Below, piece after piece: positions 9,720 through 19,094 of a DNA stretch of 32,493 bases (positions are counted from its first letter, which is position 1; the number at the start of each line of letters is the position of its first letter). The stretch comes from an uncultured Thiotrichaceae bacterium (GTDB lineage Bacteria > Pseudomonadota > Gammaproteobacteria > SZUA-229): contig CAYRNH010000003.1 of assembly GCA_964425515.1 (NCBI GenBank), positions 1-32,493 of the forward strand, read 5' to 3'. The position numbers and the translations under genes were made by a program. A model generated the notes under the pieces. It did not search any database. It saw only the letters and a list, made by a program, of their open reading frames with translations, and was not told the DNA's origin.

Positions 9720-11732
9720 ATGCGTGTTCTCCTGGCATGGTTATGTTTAGTACCTGTTGTCGCAGTGGCGGGCATTCGTCCGCATCAAAAAATACACGAT
9801 ATTTTTTATGGCGAAATTCTGTATTACGCGTACCAGGATAAATATTTTCAGGCAATATCGCATATCGACGATGAGCTCAGTCAGTATTACGCGCTGGATG
9901 AGCCCGCACTATCCAGTTTTAATTATCACCGAGATCAGGCCGAATTCGATATCGGTGATATTGAATTGTCCTATCGTATGGACAAGCGTGCGGGCACTGC
10001 ATTAAATCGTGTGCTGGATAAATCAGTTGAACCGGAAGAGCGTAATGATGCTGCATATCGATTGGCGCGCCTGTACTATCGCAAGCAGGATTATATTAAT
10101 GCCTTGCATGCAATAGAACTTATCAAGGGAAAAATTCCAGACAAAATTCTTGATGACGAAGTTTTTTTACGCGCAGAGATTTATGCAAACACAGGCAAGT
10201 TTGCAGATGCGATTAGTCTGCTTCAGGGGTTGCGAGGTAAAAAGGATTACGAAGGCTTTACCGAATACAATCTGGCCATGGTGTACCTGCAAAGTGGTCA
10301 GCAGCAAAAGGGACTGTCGATGCTGGACACACTCGGTAATCTGGACAGCAAAAATTCTGCAGTCCTGGCTTTAAAAGACAAAGGTAATCTCAAGCTGGCC
10401 TATTTCTATCTTGATGCTGGTCAGCCTGAAAAAGCCATGCCCTACTTTAATCGAGTGAGACTCGATGGGCCATTTTCAAATCGTGCCTTGCTCGGTGCTG
10501 GCTGGGCCGAAGTTTCCGAAAAGCATTATGACCGTGCCCTGGTGCCGTGGAGCATTTTGCGCGATCGCCTGCCGAGTAATGAATCTGCACAGGAAGCCAT
10601 GATGGCTGTGCCTTACGCTTATAGCAAACTTGAGTTATATGGTAAGGCAGCCGTTGGCTATGGCAAGGCGCTTGATATTTTTGGAACGCAAATCGATAAG
10701 CTCGATGCCTCAATTAAAAGTATTCGCGAAGGCAAGTTTTTAATGGCGCTGGTCGACAAGCGTGCAGCACACGATAAAAACTGGTTAATCAATCTTCGCA
10801 ATTTACCCGATAGTCCGGAAACACGATACATCATGCAGTTGCTGGCTGGAAACGATTTCCAGGAGTCGTTGAAAAATTATCGTGACCTTGCAGATTTACG
10901 CCAGTACCTGACAGTGTGGTTACATAATCTCGATGTTTTTGAGGAGATTATTGCGTTACGACGTAAGTATTACCAGCCATTGCTGCCAGACATTGATAAA
11001 AAGTTTGAGAAGCTTGATTCCAGAATAAAATTACGCGTTGCGCAGCGTGCCCGTCTGAATGAACGTATCCAGTCATTATTGATTTTACGTCGCCCGGAAT
11101 ATCTGGCAAGCGCAGATGAGCGTTACGAAGTTGATACCCTGGCAAAAATCAAAGTGGATTTTGAAGCAAAACCCGCACAGTACACGGACGATGTACGTTA
11201 TCGAATCCACCGCCTGCAGGGTGTACTGCAATGGCGCATCAATCAGGAATATGACAAACGTCTAACCACCGCGTACCAGCATTTGCAGGAACTTGATGGG
11301 CTTATTGATGGGATGAATAAGGCCTATCGTTCATTTGTGCGTACACGACAGGCAGCGACACAAAGTTATCAGGGCTACACCATACCGATCCAGCAATTAC
11401 GTACGCGCCTGCAGACAGCGCAGGTCAAGCTGCGCGGTGTGATGGCTCGCCAGGGCAGAGTGCTGGAACAGCTCGCGATCCATGAGCTTGATCGCAGACG
11501 TCGTCGACTCGAGGATTACCAGGTGAAAGCGCGCTTTGCCCTGGCTGAAAGTTATGACCGCGCGACCAAGGCCCAGGAAGACAAAGAGGTCAAAGCCATT
11601 GAGGAAAAGGCAAACCAGACCCGACAGAAGAAAAAGCAGGATGAGGCAATACCGGCCGCCCCAGCCAAACCTGCACAAACATCTGAAAAGCAGACTGGAA
11701 AACCTTCTGCATCTGGAGTGCCAGCGCCATGA
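9720..11732 (+). CDS. Periplasmic TPR/coiled-coil protein (GltC-like by position and architecture)
   Basis: 670 aa. Signal peptide (AVA-G), TPR-like repeats (AAYRLARLYY, EYNLAMVYL, ALLGAGWAE), long C-terminal coiled coil, Pro/Lys-rich tail. Confidence 0.8.
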   Translation: MRVLLAWLCLVPVVAVAGIRPHQKIHDIFYGEILYYAYQDKYFQAISHIDDELSQYYALDEPALSSFNYHRDQAEFDIGDIELSYRMDKRAGTALNRVLDKSVEPEERNDAAYRLARLYYRKQDYINALHAIELIKGKIPDKILDDEVFLRAEIYANTGKFADAISLLQGLRGKKDYEGFTEYNLAMVYLQSGQQQKGLSMLDTLGNLDSKNSAVLALKDKGNLKLAYFYLDAGQPEKAMPYFNRVRLDGPFSNRALLGAGWAEVSEKHYDRALVPWSILRDRLPSNESAQEAMMAVPYAYSKLELYGKAAVGYGKALDIFGTQIDKLDASIKSIREGKFLMALVDKRAAHDKNWLINLRNLPDSPETRYIMQLLAGNDFQESLKNYRDLADLRQYLTVWLHNLDVFEEIIALRRKYYQPLLPDIDKKFEKLDSRIKLRVAQRARLNERIQSLLILRRPEYLASADERYEVDTLAKIKVDFEAKPAQYTDDVRYRIHRLQGVLQWRINQEYDKRLTTAYQHLQELDGLIDGMNKAYRSFVRTRQAATQSYQGYTIPIQQLRTRLQTAQVKLRGVMARQGRVLEQLAIHELDRRRRRLEDYQVKARFALAESYDRATKAQEDKEVKAIEEKANQTRQKKKQDEAIPAAPAKPAQTSEKQTGKPSASGVPAP

Positions 11733-14700
11733 GCACGTACTTCAGTACAGTCGGTCTGGCAAGAGTCTCAGTGATTGTGGCGATGATGGCACTTGCCGCC
11801 TGTGCACATAATAAGGTGCGGGGTACGCTGGCTTCCCTGGCAACCGTAAAACCCGATGTTAAGGACGTAAAAATTGAAGGAAGCCTGGAAAAAGCGCTGC
11901 AGAGTTACCAGCATTTCCTTAAAGAAACACCCGAAACTGCGATGACGCCGGAAGCTATACGACGACTTGCAGATTTGAAAATTGAAAAAGAATATTCGGT
12001 CACCCCTGATTCTGTCGAAACGCCTGCAGTGACCGCCAGTACGGAAGCAAAGGCTTCGACTTCGGTTAATGCGCCAGCGGTAAAGGTTACCGCGCCAGAA
12101 TCGAAGCCTGCAACCGCGAGTACAACTACATCAGGTCCAGCTACATCAGGCCCGGTGACGTCTGCGCAGTCGGGCAAGATGGATGTGCCAGTGGTGCCTG
12201 TGGTGGATCGTAAAAAGGCTGCGGCGGTTACAGATAATAAGAAACAGCAGATCAGCAAGCGGTCGGGTGCGATCGCTGACCTTACAGAATCGGAAAAGTC
12301 CTTCAACGAACGCGCCAGCCAGCAGATAAAACTGCCAGCCGCCAAAAAAGAGAAAGTGAGCCCAGGGGGTAATACGGATGACCTGCAAACAGCCGGTGCA
12401 ATGGAGGCGATAAAGCTGTATCAGGGGCTGCTAAAAAAATACCCATTATATAAGCGTAATGATGAAGTGATGTATCAGCTGTCTCGTGCCTACGAAGACA
12501 CCGGGCAGATCAAAAAAGCGATTAAGACGCTGGATGTCCTGGTGGTGAAGTATCCGAATTCCAGGCATATTGATGAAGCGCAGTTTCGGCGTGCCGAATA
12601 TTTCTTTACCCACAAACATTATATTGATGCGGAAGAGGCTTACCAGGTGGTGCTGAACATGGGGCGCGGATCCGCGTTTTACGAACTGGCGCTGTACAAG
12701 CAGGGCTGGTCATATTTCAAACAGGAACTATATGATGACGCGCTAAAAGATTACATAAAAATGCTCGATCAAAAAGTTCAGGATGGTTATGATCTGAGCA
12801 ATATTAAAAACAAGATCGAGAAGAAACGTATTGATGATACTTATCGTGTGATCAGCCTGAGTTTCTCATATCTGGGTGGTGCGGATTCAATCGAAGATTT
12901 TTTCAAACAGGTGGGTCCTCGCGAATACGAAGCCAATATTTATAGTAACCTGGGTGAGTACTATCTTGAAAAACGTCGCTACAGTGATGCTGCACAAACC
13001 TACAATAGATTTATTCAGCGCAATCCGCTGAGCAAGGAGTCACCCTTATTTAATATTCGCGTGATCGAGATATATCTTAAAGGTGGATTTCCAAAACTGG
13101 TCATCGAAGCAAAGAAAAAGTTTTCCATCACCTATGGGTTAAAGGCAAGCTACTGGCAGTATTATGATATTAAGAAATTCCCGGTTGTACTGGCTTATCT
13201 TAAAACCAATCTTACCGATCTTGCGGTGTACTACCATGCCCTGTTTCAGGATAAACGTCTGTATAAACAAAAGCAGGATAATTATCTTGAAGCGGTTCGC
13301 TGGTATCGCGCGTTTCTTGCCAGTTTTCCAGAAGATGAGCAGGCACCCGTGCTGAATTATCAGCTGGCTGGGCTGATGCTGGAAAACAAGGATTATCGTG
13401 GCGCTGCGCTGGAATACGAGCGCACTGCGTACAATTACCCACCACACAAAAAATCAGCCGAGGCGGGTTATGCGGCAGTGTTTGCTTACCGCCAGTATTT
13501 TAAAGTGGCGCAGGCATCGGACCGCATATTGGTCAGGCGCGAAATTGTGCGTAGTTCACTCAAGTTTGTCGAGACTTTTCCCGATCATAAAAATGCGGCT
13601 GTGGTACTGGCTGCGGCAGCGGATGACCTCTATGCGCTGAAAGATTATCCAATGGCGGTTAAAACGGGTCGCAAACTAATAGAGAAATATCCGAATGCAG
13701 ACCCGAAACTAATACGTTCGGGCTGGCTGGTAGTTGCTCATGCATCCTTTGATCAGGCAAATTATGCCGATGCCGAAAAAGGCTATACACAGGTGCTGGC
13801 AATGACGGCCGCAAATGACAAAAGTCGAAGTGAGCTCATCGAGAACCTGGCTGCTTCGATATATAAGCAGGGAGAGCAGGCGAGGAAACTGGGAAAATAT
13901 CGCGAAGCCGCAAATTTCTTTCTGCGAGTTTCAGTCGTGACACCGACAGCAAAAATACGTTCCACGGCAGAATATGATGCTTCAGCAGCTCTGATTACTT
14001 TAAAGGACTGGCCGGCAGCAGCAAAAGAGCTGGAAGATTTCAGAAAACGCTATCCTGAAAATAAATTACAGCCCGAAATCACCAAAAAGCTGGCGGTGGT
14101 GTACAAGGAAGACGGCAAACCATTGCAGGCGGCGGGTGAGTATGAGCGTATTGTAAGCGAAACAGATAACAAGGAACTGAAGAGAGAGGCATTGCAACAA
14201 TCTGCAGACTTATACGTAACTGCAAAAGCCACAAACGATGCGCTGCGCGTTTACAATCACTTTGTAGAAATGTTCCCGCATCCGATTGAGGATGCTGTTG
14301 AAACACGTAACAAGATGGCAAATATATATAAGGAATCGGGCAACCATACAAAGTATCTACAGCAGTTAACCATTATTGTTGATGCGGACAAGCACGCAGG
14401 TAAGGAACGTACTGATCGTACGCGTTATCTTGCGGCCGAAGCAGCGCTGGTTCTTGCGGAGCCGGTGCTGAAGAGATTTTATGACGTTAAGCTAGTTAAG
14501 CCGTTTAAAAAGAACCTCAGGAAAAAGAACAGCCGCATGAAAGCCGCTATCGACACCTATGGAAAATTGCTCGACTATCAGGTGGGTGATGTGACTGCCG
14601 CAGCGACATACCAACTGGCCGAAATATATTATAACTTTAGTCGATCATTGATGAATTCCGAGAGACCGGACCATCTAAGTGCGCTTGAGCTTGAGCAGTA

Positions 14701-15001
14701 CAATATTATGATTGAGGACCAGGCTTACCCATTCGAAGAAAAAGCCATTTCAGTTCACGAGAAGAACCTGGAGTTGCTCAGTGTGGGGATATATAACGCC
14801 TGGATAGAAAAGAGCCTTGCAAAACTTGCGGTGCTAATGCCCGCGCGCTATGCAAAACCTGAACAGGATAGTTCATATGTTGAAAACCTGGTGCCTGTGA
14901 AGAATAAACAGGCGCCGACGGCGCCAGGTGCAACTCTACCAACTGAAAAGCCAGTCGCCAAACCTGACGCTACGGCTGCAATGAATGGTGATTTGCAATG
15001 A
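11729..15001 (+). CDS. Large TPR lipoprotein (GltD/AgmU-like)
   Basis: 1090 aa. Lipobox LAAC (Cys25), disordered linker, many TPRs (DEVMYQLSRAY, DEAQFRRAEYFF, LALYKQGWSYF), C-terminal EDQAYPFEEKAI segment. ATGA overlap with the upstream gene. Confidence 0.85.
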   Translation: MSTYFSTVGLARVSVIVAMMALAACAHNKVRGTLASLATVKPDVKDVKIEGSLEKALQSYQHFLKETPETAMTPEAIRRLADLKIEKEYSVTPDSVETPAVTASTEAKASTSVNAPAVKVTAPESKPATASTTTSGPATSGPVTSAQSGKMDVPVVPVVDRKKAAAVTDNKKQQISKRSGAIADLTESEKSFNERASQQIKLPAAKKEKVSPGGNTDDLQTAGAMEAIKLYQGLLKKYPLYKRNDEVMYQLSRAYEDTGQIKKAIKTLDVLVVKYPNSRHIDEAQFRRAEYFFTHKHYIDAEEAYQVVLNMGRGSAFYELALYKQGWSYFKQELYDDALKDYIKMLDQKVQDGYDLSNIKNKIEKKRIDDTYRVISLSFSYLGGADSIEDFFKQVGPREYEANIYSNLGEYYLEKRRYSDAAQTYNRFIQRNPLSKESPLFNIRVIEIYLKGGFPKLVIEAKKKFSITYGLKASYWQYYDIKKFPVVLAYLKTNLTDLAVYYHALFQDKRLYKQKQDNYLEAVRWYRAFLASFPEDEQAPVLNYQLAGLMLENKDYRGAALEYERTAYNYPPHKKSAEAGYAAVFAYRQYFKVAQASDRILVRREIVRSSLKFVETFPDHKNAAVVLAAAADDLYALKDYPMAVKTGRKLIEKYPNADPKLIRSGWLVVAHASFDQANYADAEKGYTQVLAMTAANDKSRSELIENLAASIYKQGEQARKLGKYREAANFFLRVSVVTPTAKIRSTAEYDASAALITLKDWPAAAKELEDFRKRYPENKLQPEITKKLAVVYKEDGKPLQAAGEYERIVSETDNKELKREALQQSADLYVTAKATNDALRVYNHFVEMFPHPIEDAVETRNKMANIYKESGNHTKYLQQLTIIVDADKHAGKERTDRTRYLAAEAALVLAEPVLKRFYDVKLVKPFKKNLRKKNSRMKAAIDTYGKLLDYQVGDVTAAATYQLAEIYYNFSRSLMNSERPDHLSALELEQYNIMIEDQAYPFEEKAISVHEKNLELLSVGIYNAWIEKSLAKLAVLMPARYAKPEQDSSYVENLVPVKNKQAPTAPGATLPTEKPVAKPDATAAMNGDLQ

Positions 15002-15594
15002 TGCTATTAAAAGCAAGCACAAGAGTTATGTTGATTATTGCGGCGCTATCATTTTTGCTTGTGGGCTGCGCAATAGCGCCCGAGCAAAAAGCGAGTACAA
15101 CGAAAGAAGAAAATGTAATCGTCGACCCTGATGTGGAGCAACTGTTTGATAAAGCGGTTGTATTGTTGAAACAGAAGGACTACGACAATGCGATTACGTT
15201 GTTAAACACTGTGGTTGAACGCGAACACCGTCTGACAGCACCGTACATTGATCTGGGCATGGCCTATCGTCAGAAAGGTGATAACAAAAAGGCCGAGGCC
15301 AATTTAATGAAGGCGCTTGATATAGACCTGGCGAATCCGGTTGCGAATAATGAGCTGGGGTTGCTTTATCGTAGCCTGGGACGCTTTAAAGATGCAAAAA
15401 AAGCCTATACTAATGCATTGACGCAGCATCCGGATTATTTGCCCGTGATCAGGAATTTGGGTATTTTATGTGATATTTATCTGAATGATCTGGACTGCGC
15501 GTTAGATCAGTATGAGAAATATCAGAAACTAAAGCCGGGAGACAAGGATGTGAAAAACTGGATTGCCGATCTTAAGGGCAGGATGAGGAAGTAG
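14998..15594 (+). CDS. TPR lipoprotein (GltE/AglT-like)
   Basis: Lipobox LVGC (Cys24), about 4 TPRs (DLGMAYRQKG, NELGLLYRSLG, RNLGILCDIYL). ATGA overlap. Confidence 0.85.
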   Translation: MMLLKASTRVMLIIAALSFLLVGCAIAPEQKASTTKEENVIVDPDVEQLFDKAVVLLKQKDYDNAITLLNTVVEREHRLTAPYIDLGMAYRQKGDNKKAEANLMKALDIDLANPVANNELGLLYRSLGRFKDAKKAYTNALTQHPDYLPVIRNLGILCDIYLNDLDCALDQYEKYQKLKPGDKDVKNWIADLKGRMRK

Positions 15595-15598
15595 GGAT

Positions 15599-15868
15599 AT
15601 GTTTAAATTATCGAAAACTTTGATCGTTCTCATGCTGGGCCTGAATTCAGTCGCCTATGCTGCAGACAAAGCCAAAGAGCTCTCCGGTATTTCTATTATT
15701 GGAAATGAGGAAGCGCCTAAGTCACTCTATATCGTCCCCTGGAAAAACTCAGAAGTTGGTGTTGAAACCAGCCTGACAACCGGCCTGCTGGACGAATCTA
15801 ATAAGCTTGTTGATAAAGATGTGTTTATGCGAGAACTTGATTTTTATCGACAGAGCAAGGCGCGATAA
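15599..15868 (+). CDS. Small secreted protein (GltF/CglF-like)
   Basis: 89 aa. Signal peptide ending AYA-A, motif LSGISIIGNEEAPKSLYIVPWK. Lies between the TPR lipoprotein and the motor genes. Confidence 0.75.
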   Translation: MFKLSKTLIVLMLGLNSVAYAADKAKELSGISIIGNEEAPKSLYIVPWKNSEVGVETSLTTGLLDESNKLVDKDVFMRELDFYRQSKAR

Positions 15869-15902
15869 CGTATTTGTTAAAGATAACACGAGGTAAAGCA
15901 AT

Positions 15903-16568
15903 ATGGATACACTTGAAAGTATAGTTAAATTTTTCCAGACCGGTGGGGCGTTTATGTATCCCATCATGCTGGTATTTGTTATCGGTCTTGCGATTGCGAT
16001 CGAACGCTGGATAAAACTCACTATTGTGCGTCGTGATAATCGTCGTGTCTGGACAATGGTGCATCCGGTGCTGGAAGAGGGCGAGTTTGATAAAGCACGT
16101 GACCTGGTTCTTGACGATAAATCTGCTATCGGCGGTTTGTTGACAATGGGACTGGCACGGCAGGGTTCGGTGCGCCGACGCGATGACATCGAAATTGCGA
16201 TGGAAGAAAGTATGATGGAAATTATTCCGCAACTTGAAAAACGTACACCTTATGTTGCGCTGTTTGCCAATATCGCTACTTTGTTAGGTTTGCTTGGAAC
16301 CATTATGGGTCTGATTGAAGCGTTTACCGCAGTTGCAAATGCAGACCCTGCGGAAAAAGCTGATCTGCTCTCTGCCAGTATTGCAGTGGCGATGAATACC
16401 ACGGCTTTTGGTCTGATCGCCGCCATACCATTATTGATTGGACATGCCATGCTGACATCCAAAACAGGCGAAATTATCGATAGCCTGGAAATGGCCTCGG
16501 TTAAAACACTGAACCTGATCGCGGACTTCGCTAAACGTCAGGCTGCGTTGGCGAACAAAAATGGCTAG
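15903..16568 (+). CDS. MotA/TolQ/ExbB proton channel family protein (AglR-like)
   Basis: Three TM segments, GGAFMYPI, ATLLGLLGTIMGLIEAF, AMNTTAFGLIAAIP. GAGGT RBS. Confidence 0.95.
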   Translation: MDTLESIVKFFQTGGAFMYPIMLVFVIGLAIAIERWIKLTIVRRDNRRVWTMVHPVLEEGEFDKARDLVLDDKSAIGGLLTMGLARQGSVRRRDDIEIAMEESMMEIIPQLEKRTPYVALFANIATLLGLLGTIMGLIEAFTAVANADPAEKADLLSASIAVAMNTTAFGLIAAIPLLIGHAMLTSKTGEIIDSLEMASVKTLNLIADFAKRQAALANKNG

Positions 16569-17055
16569 AGGTCACCACTACAAGCGGCCGAAGAAAGAGC
16601 CGCCTGAGCTCAACATCACTACCTTCCTTAATTTGATGGTGGTGCTGGTGCCGTTTTTGCTGATTACTGCCGTGTTTTCGCGACTCACTATTATGGAGCT
16701 GAATTTGCCCACCGGTCAGGGTGCGAGTGTGGCTAATAACAAACCTCAATTTGCAGTTGAGGTTGTCGTTCGCGAAAAAGGTCTGGAGATAAGTAATGGA
16801 AAAGTAATCATTGCGCGTTTTCCGAAAGTCGATGACAAGTACGATTTGCAGACACTGTCTAAATATTTGCTCAAAATTAAATCTCAATATATGAGCAAAA
16901 CGGACGCTACAGTTTTGATGGAGCCTGATATCAATTACAACACCTTAATACGGGTGATGGACGCAGTGCGTGCGGCCGAGGTGATACAGGGTGATAGTCA
17001 TGAGAAGCAGGAGATCGAACTGTTTCCAAATATTTCTATAGGTGACGCACCATGA
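16561..17055 (+). CDS. ExbD/TolR family protein 1 (AglQ/AglS-like; Asn at the conserved Asp site)
   Basis: Basic N-terminus, TM ELNITTFLNLMVVLVPFLL, periplasmic domain with EPDINYNTLIRVMDAVR. 8-nt overlap with the upstream gene. Confidence 0.9.
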   Translation: MARGHHYKRPKKEPPELNITTFLNLMVVLVPFLLITAVFSRLTIMELNLPTGQGASVANNKPQFAVEVVVREKGLEISNGKVIIARFPKVDDKYDLQTLSKYLLKIKSQYMSKTDATVLMEPDINYNTLIRVMDAVRAAEVIQGDSHEKQEIELFPNISIGDAP

Positions 17056-17555
17056 AGCAGAATCGACGGATGAAACGAATGGAGCGTAGCCATAAAAGAA
17101 GACCAGCTGGTTTGCATCTGGTTTCGTTGATGGACGTGTTCACAATACTTGTGTTTTTCCTGCTGGTAAATTCATCTTCCAGCGATGTGCTCGAGCCACC
17201 GAAGAGTATCAAGTTGCCAGACTCTATTGTGGATACCAAGCCTCGTGAAACCATTGTTGTACTGGTGACGCCGGAAAATGTGCTGGTTCAGGGGACTGTT
17301 GTGGCATCCACGCAGGACGTTATTAATTCAAAAAAATCTGTGATACCGGCAATTCGTGACAGGCTGATTGAGCAAAAAACAAAGGTCATCGGTTTTAAAA
17401 CAAAAACAGTGGCTGAATCTAAGGAGATTACTGTGCTTGCAGATCGCAGTCTTCCTTTCAAACTTCTTAAAAAAGTGATGTCAAGCTGCACCAGTGCTGG
17501 TTATAGCAAGATTTCGCTAGCAGTTATCCAGAAAGCTTCCCAGCAGAAGAAATAA
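17052..17555 (+). CDS. ExbD/TolR family protein 2 (AglQ/AglS-like; Asp28 present)
   Basis: TM LVSLMDVFTILVFFLL, IKLPDS, LADRSLPFKLLKKVMSSCTSAGYSKISLAV. ATGA overlap. Confidence 0.93.
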   Translation: MKQNRRMKRMERSHKRRPAGLHLVSLMDVFTILVFFLLVNSSSSDVLEPPKSIKLPDSIVDTKPRETIVVLVTPENVLVQGTVVASTQDVINSKKSVIPAIRDRLIEQKTKVIGFKTKTVAESKEITVLADRSLPFKLLKKVMSSCTSAGYSKISLAVIQKASQQKK

Positions 17556-17565
17556 CGGTGATTTT

Positions 17566-18930
17566 GTGAGTGATAATATTTCAGATCGTCAGAATGATAT
17601 TAATCGTAAGCTCGAGCAGGCTTATGATGATCTGATTGGTGTCGAAAACGAGCAAAAGCGCGTCGAGGCTGAATTAAAAGCCTTGCTCACCGAACGCAGT
17701 CGCTATTCTTTATTGAGTGAGATCAGCGACCACCTTGATCAACTTTATAAGCAGGGTGGCGCCAGCCTGTTCTGGGGTGAAGACTCCGATCCTGAAAAAA
17801 TGCGTCAGCATACACAACGCCTGCGTACCCGCATAGCGAATTACGACAACAAGGTACAGGAGCTGCAGTCACGCCAGTCAACAGGTGAATCCGAAGCACA
17901 AAGTCTGGCAGCACGCGTCAATGTTCTCAATGAAGAGAGTGCGGTGCTGCAGGAAGTGGCTGAAGAAGTTAAATACGAATTTGTCATTGAACGTGAAATG
18001 ACGCAGCTGCCTTTCCGGCCCATGGTCATGCCATGGCAGAGTGAGGGCGAAGATGATAAACGATTTAGACGCATCGTTGCTATTTGTTTGCTCGTCGGCC
18101 TGTTGCTGGGTTATTTGATTCCGTTGTGGAATATTCCGATTCCGGACAAGGTCGAGCAGATCAAGGTTCCAGAGCGTATGGCGCAGTTGATGCTGGAAAG
18201 AAAACCGCCGCCACCTCCGCCACCACCTCAGCCGGTTAAAAAGACACAGGAAGAGACGCCAAACAATAAGCATCCGAAAAAGGCGACTGCGCCCAAAACC
18301 GACAAAGCCAGGGTCGCGCGCAAGCGAGCCGAAAGAGCGGGCCTGATGGCGTTCAAAAAAGATTTTTCAGAACTTATGAATACCGGTTCGGTTGATAAGA
18401 AACTGGGTGCAAAAGCCAGCATCAGCAGCCTGGGTAAAACGGCGAGACATGCGACACGTTCACTGGTGACTGCAGAAGCGGGCAGTTCCAGCAGCGGTAT
18501 TAACACCGCTTCGCTAAGTCGCGATGTGGGCGGAGCAGGTACCGGCATGAAAGGTGTTGCTTTCCAGCGCGTTGAAAGTGCTATTGGCACTGACTTTGCC
18601 GGCGATGATCGACCATTGAGTGGTGGCCCAGGCCCCTCGCGTACCGATGAAGAAATTCAGATCGTGTTCGACCGTTATAAAGCAGTGCTGTACCGTATCT
18701 ATAATCGCGAATTACGTACTAATCCGACCTTGCAGGGCAAGATGGTATTACGTTTGACGATTGAACCTGATGGTAGCGTTTCGGCGTGTAAGATCGATTC
18801 CAGTGACATGCATTCACCGGTTCTTGAGAAGCAGATAGTTGCACGCGTTTTGAGATTTAATTTTGGACCGAAGAAGGGTGTTCCTGCAGTTACCATTTTA
18901 TACCCGATAGATTTTCTGCCGGCTTCCTGA
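17566..18930 (+). CDS. TonB-like energy transducer with AgmX/PglI-type C-terminal domain (GltG-like)
   Basis: GTG start, ~140-aa N-terminal coiled coil, single TM (IVAICLLVGLLLGYLIPLW), poly-Pro run, Gly/Ser-rich linker, TonB-C-like end (RTDEEIQIVFD...YNRELRTNPTLQGKMVLRLTIEPDGSV...YPIDFLP). Confidence 0.88.
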   Translation: MSDNISDRQNDINRKLEQAYDDLIGVENEQKRVEAELKALLTERSRYSLLSEISDHLDQLYKQGGASLFWGEDSDPEKMRQHTQRLRTRIANYDNKVQELQSRQSTGESEAQSLAARVNVLNEESAVLQEVAEEVKYEFVIEREMTQLPFRPMVMPWQSEGEDDKRFRRIVAICLLVGLLLGYLIPLWNIPIPDKVEQIKVPERMAQLMLERKPPPPPPPPQPVKKTQEETPNNKHPKKATAPKTDKARVARKRAERAGLMAFKKDFSELMNTGSVDKKLGAKASISSLGKTARHATRSLVTAEAGSSSSGINTASLSRDVGGAGTGMKGVAFQRVESAIGTDFAGDDRPLSGGPGPSRTDEEIQIVFDRYKAVLYRIYNRELRTNPTLQGKMVLRLTIEPDGSVSACKIDSSDMHSPVLEKQIVARVLRFNFGPKKGVPAVTILYPIDFLPAS

Positions 18931-19094
18931 TTGTGCATTGTGCCGATACATTGTTTCGGCAGGAAGCGAGTTTGCATCATTGATGTAATGGGCAGGAGTT
19001 CACAGGGCCGTGATTGAAGCAGTACGTGGATGTTTTCGCGTCACTAATTGATACAAAAAAATAATTATATTTCAGGCTTCAGGGTTTTAGCTGG

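Noticed and set aside
7450-17555. Genomic island or prophage, suggested by visibly lower GC than fusA/yheS and by phoH
   Set aside because: No integrase, tRNA, att repeats or phage genes. GC was judged by eye only and may reflect expression level or amino-acid composition.
15903-18930. Ordinary TonB-ExbBD uptake or Tol-Pal system
   Set aside because: No TonB-dependent receptor, TolB or Pal in the window. The TPR set, two ExbD paralogues and AgmX/PglI-type C-domain fit the Agl-Glt core better.
18941-18988. Terminator between the operon and the giant gene
   Set aside because: Only weak hairpins (TGCCGA/TCGGCA and TTGCATCA/TGATGTAA) without a U-tract.
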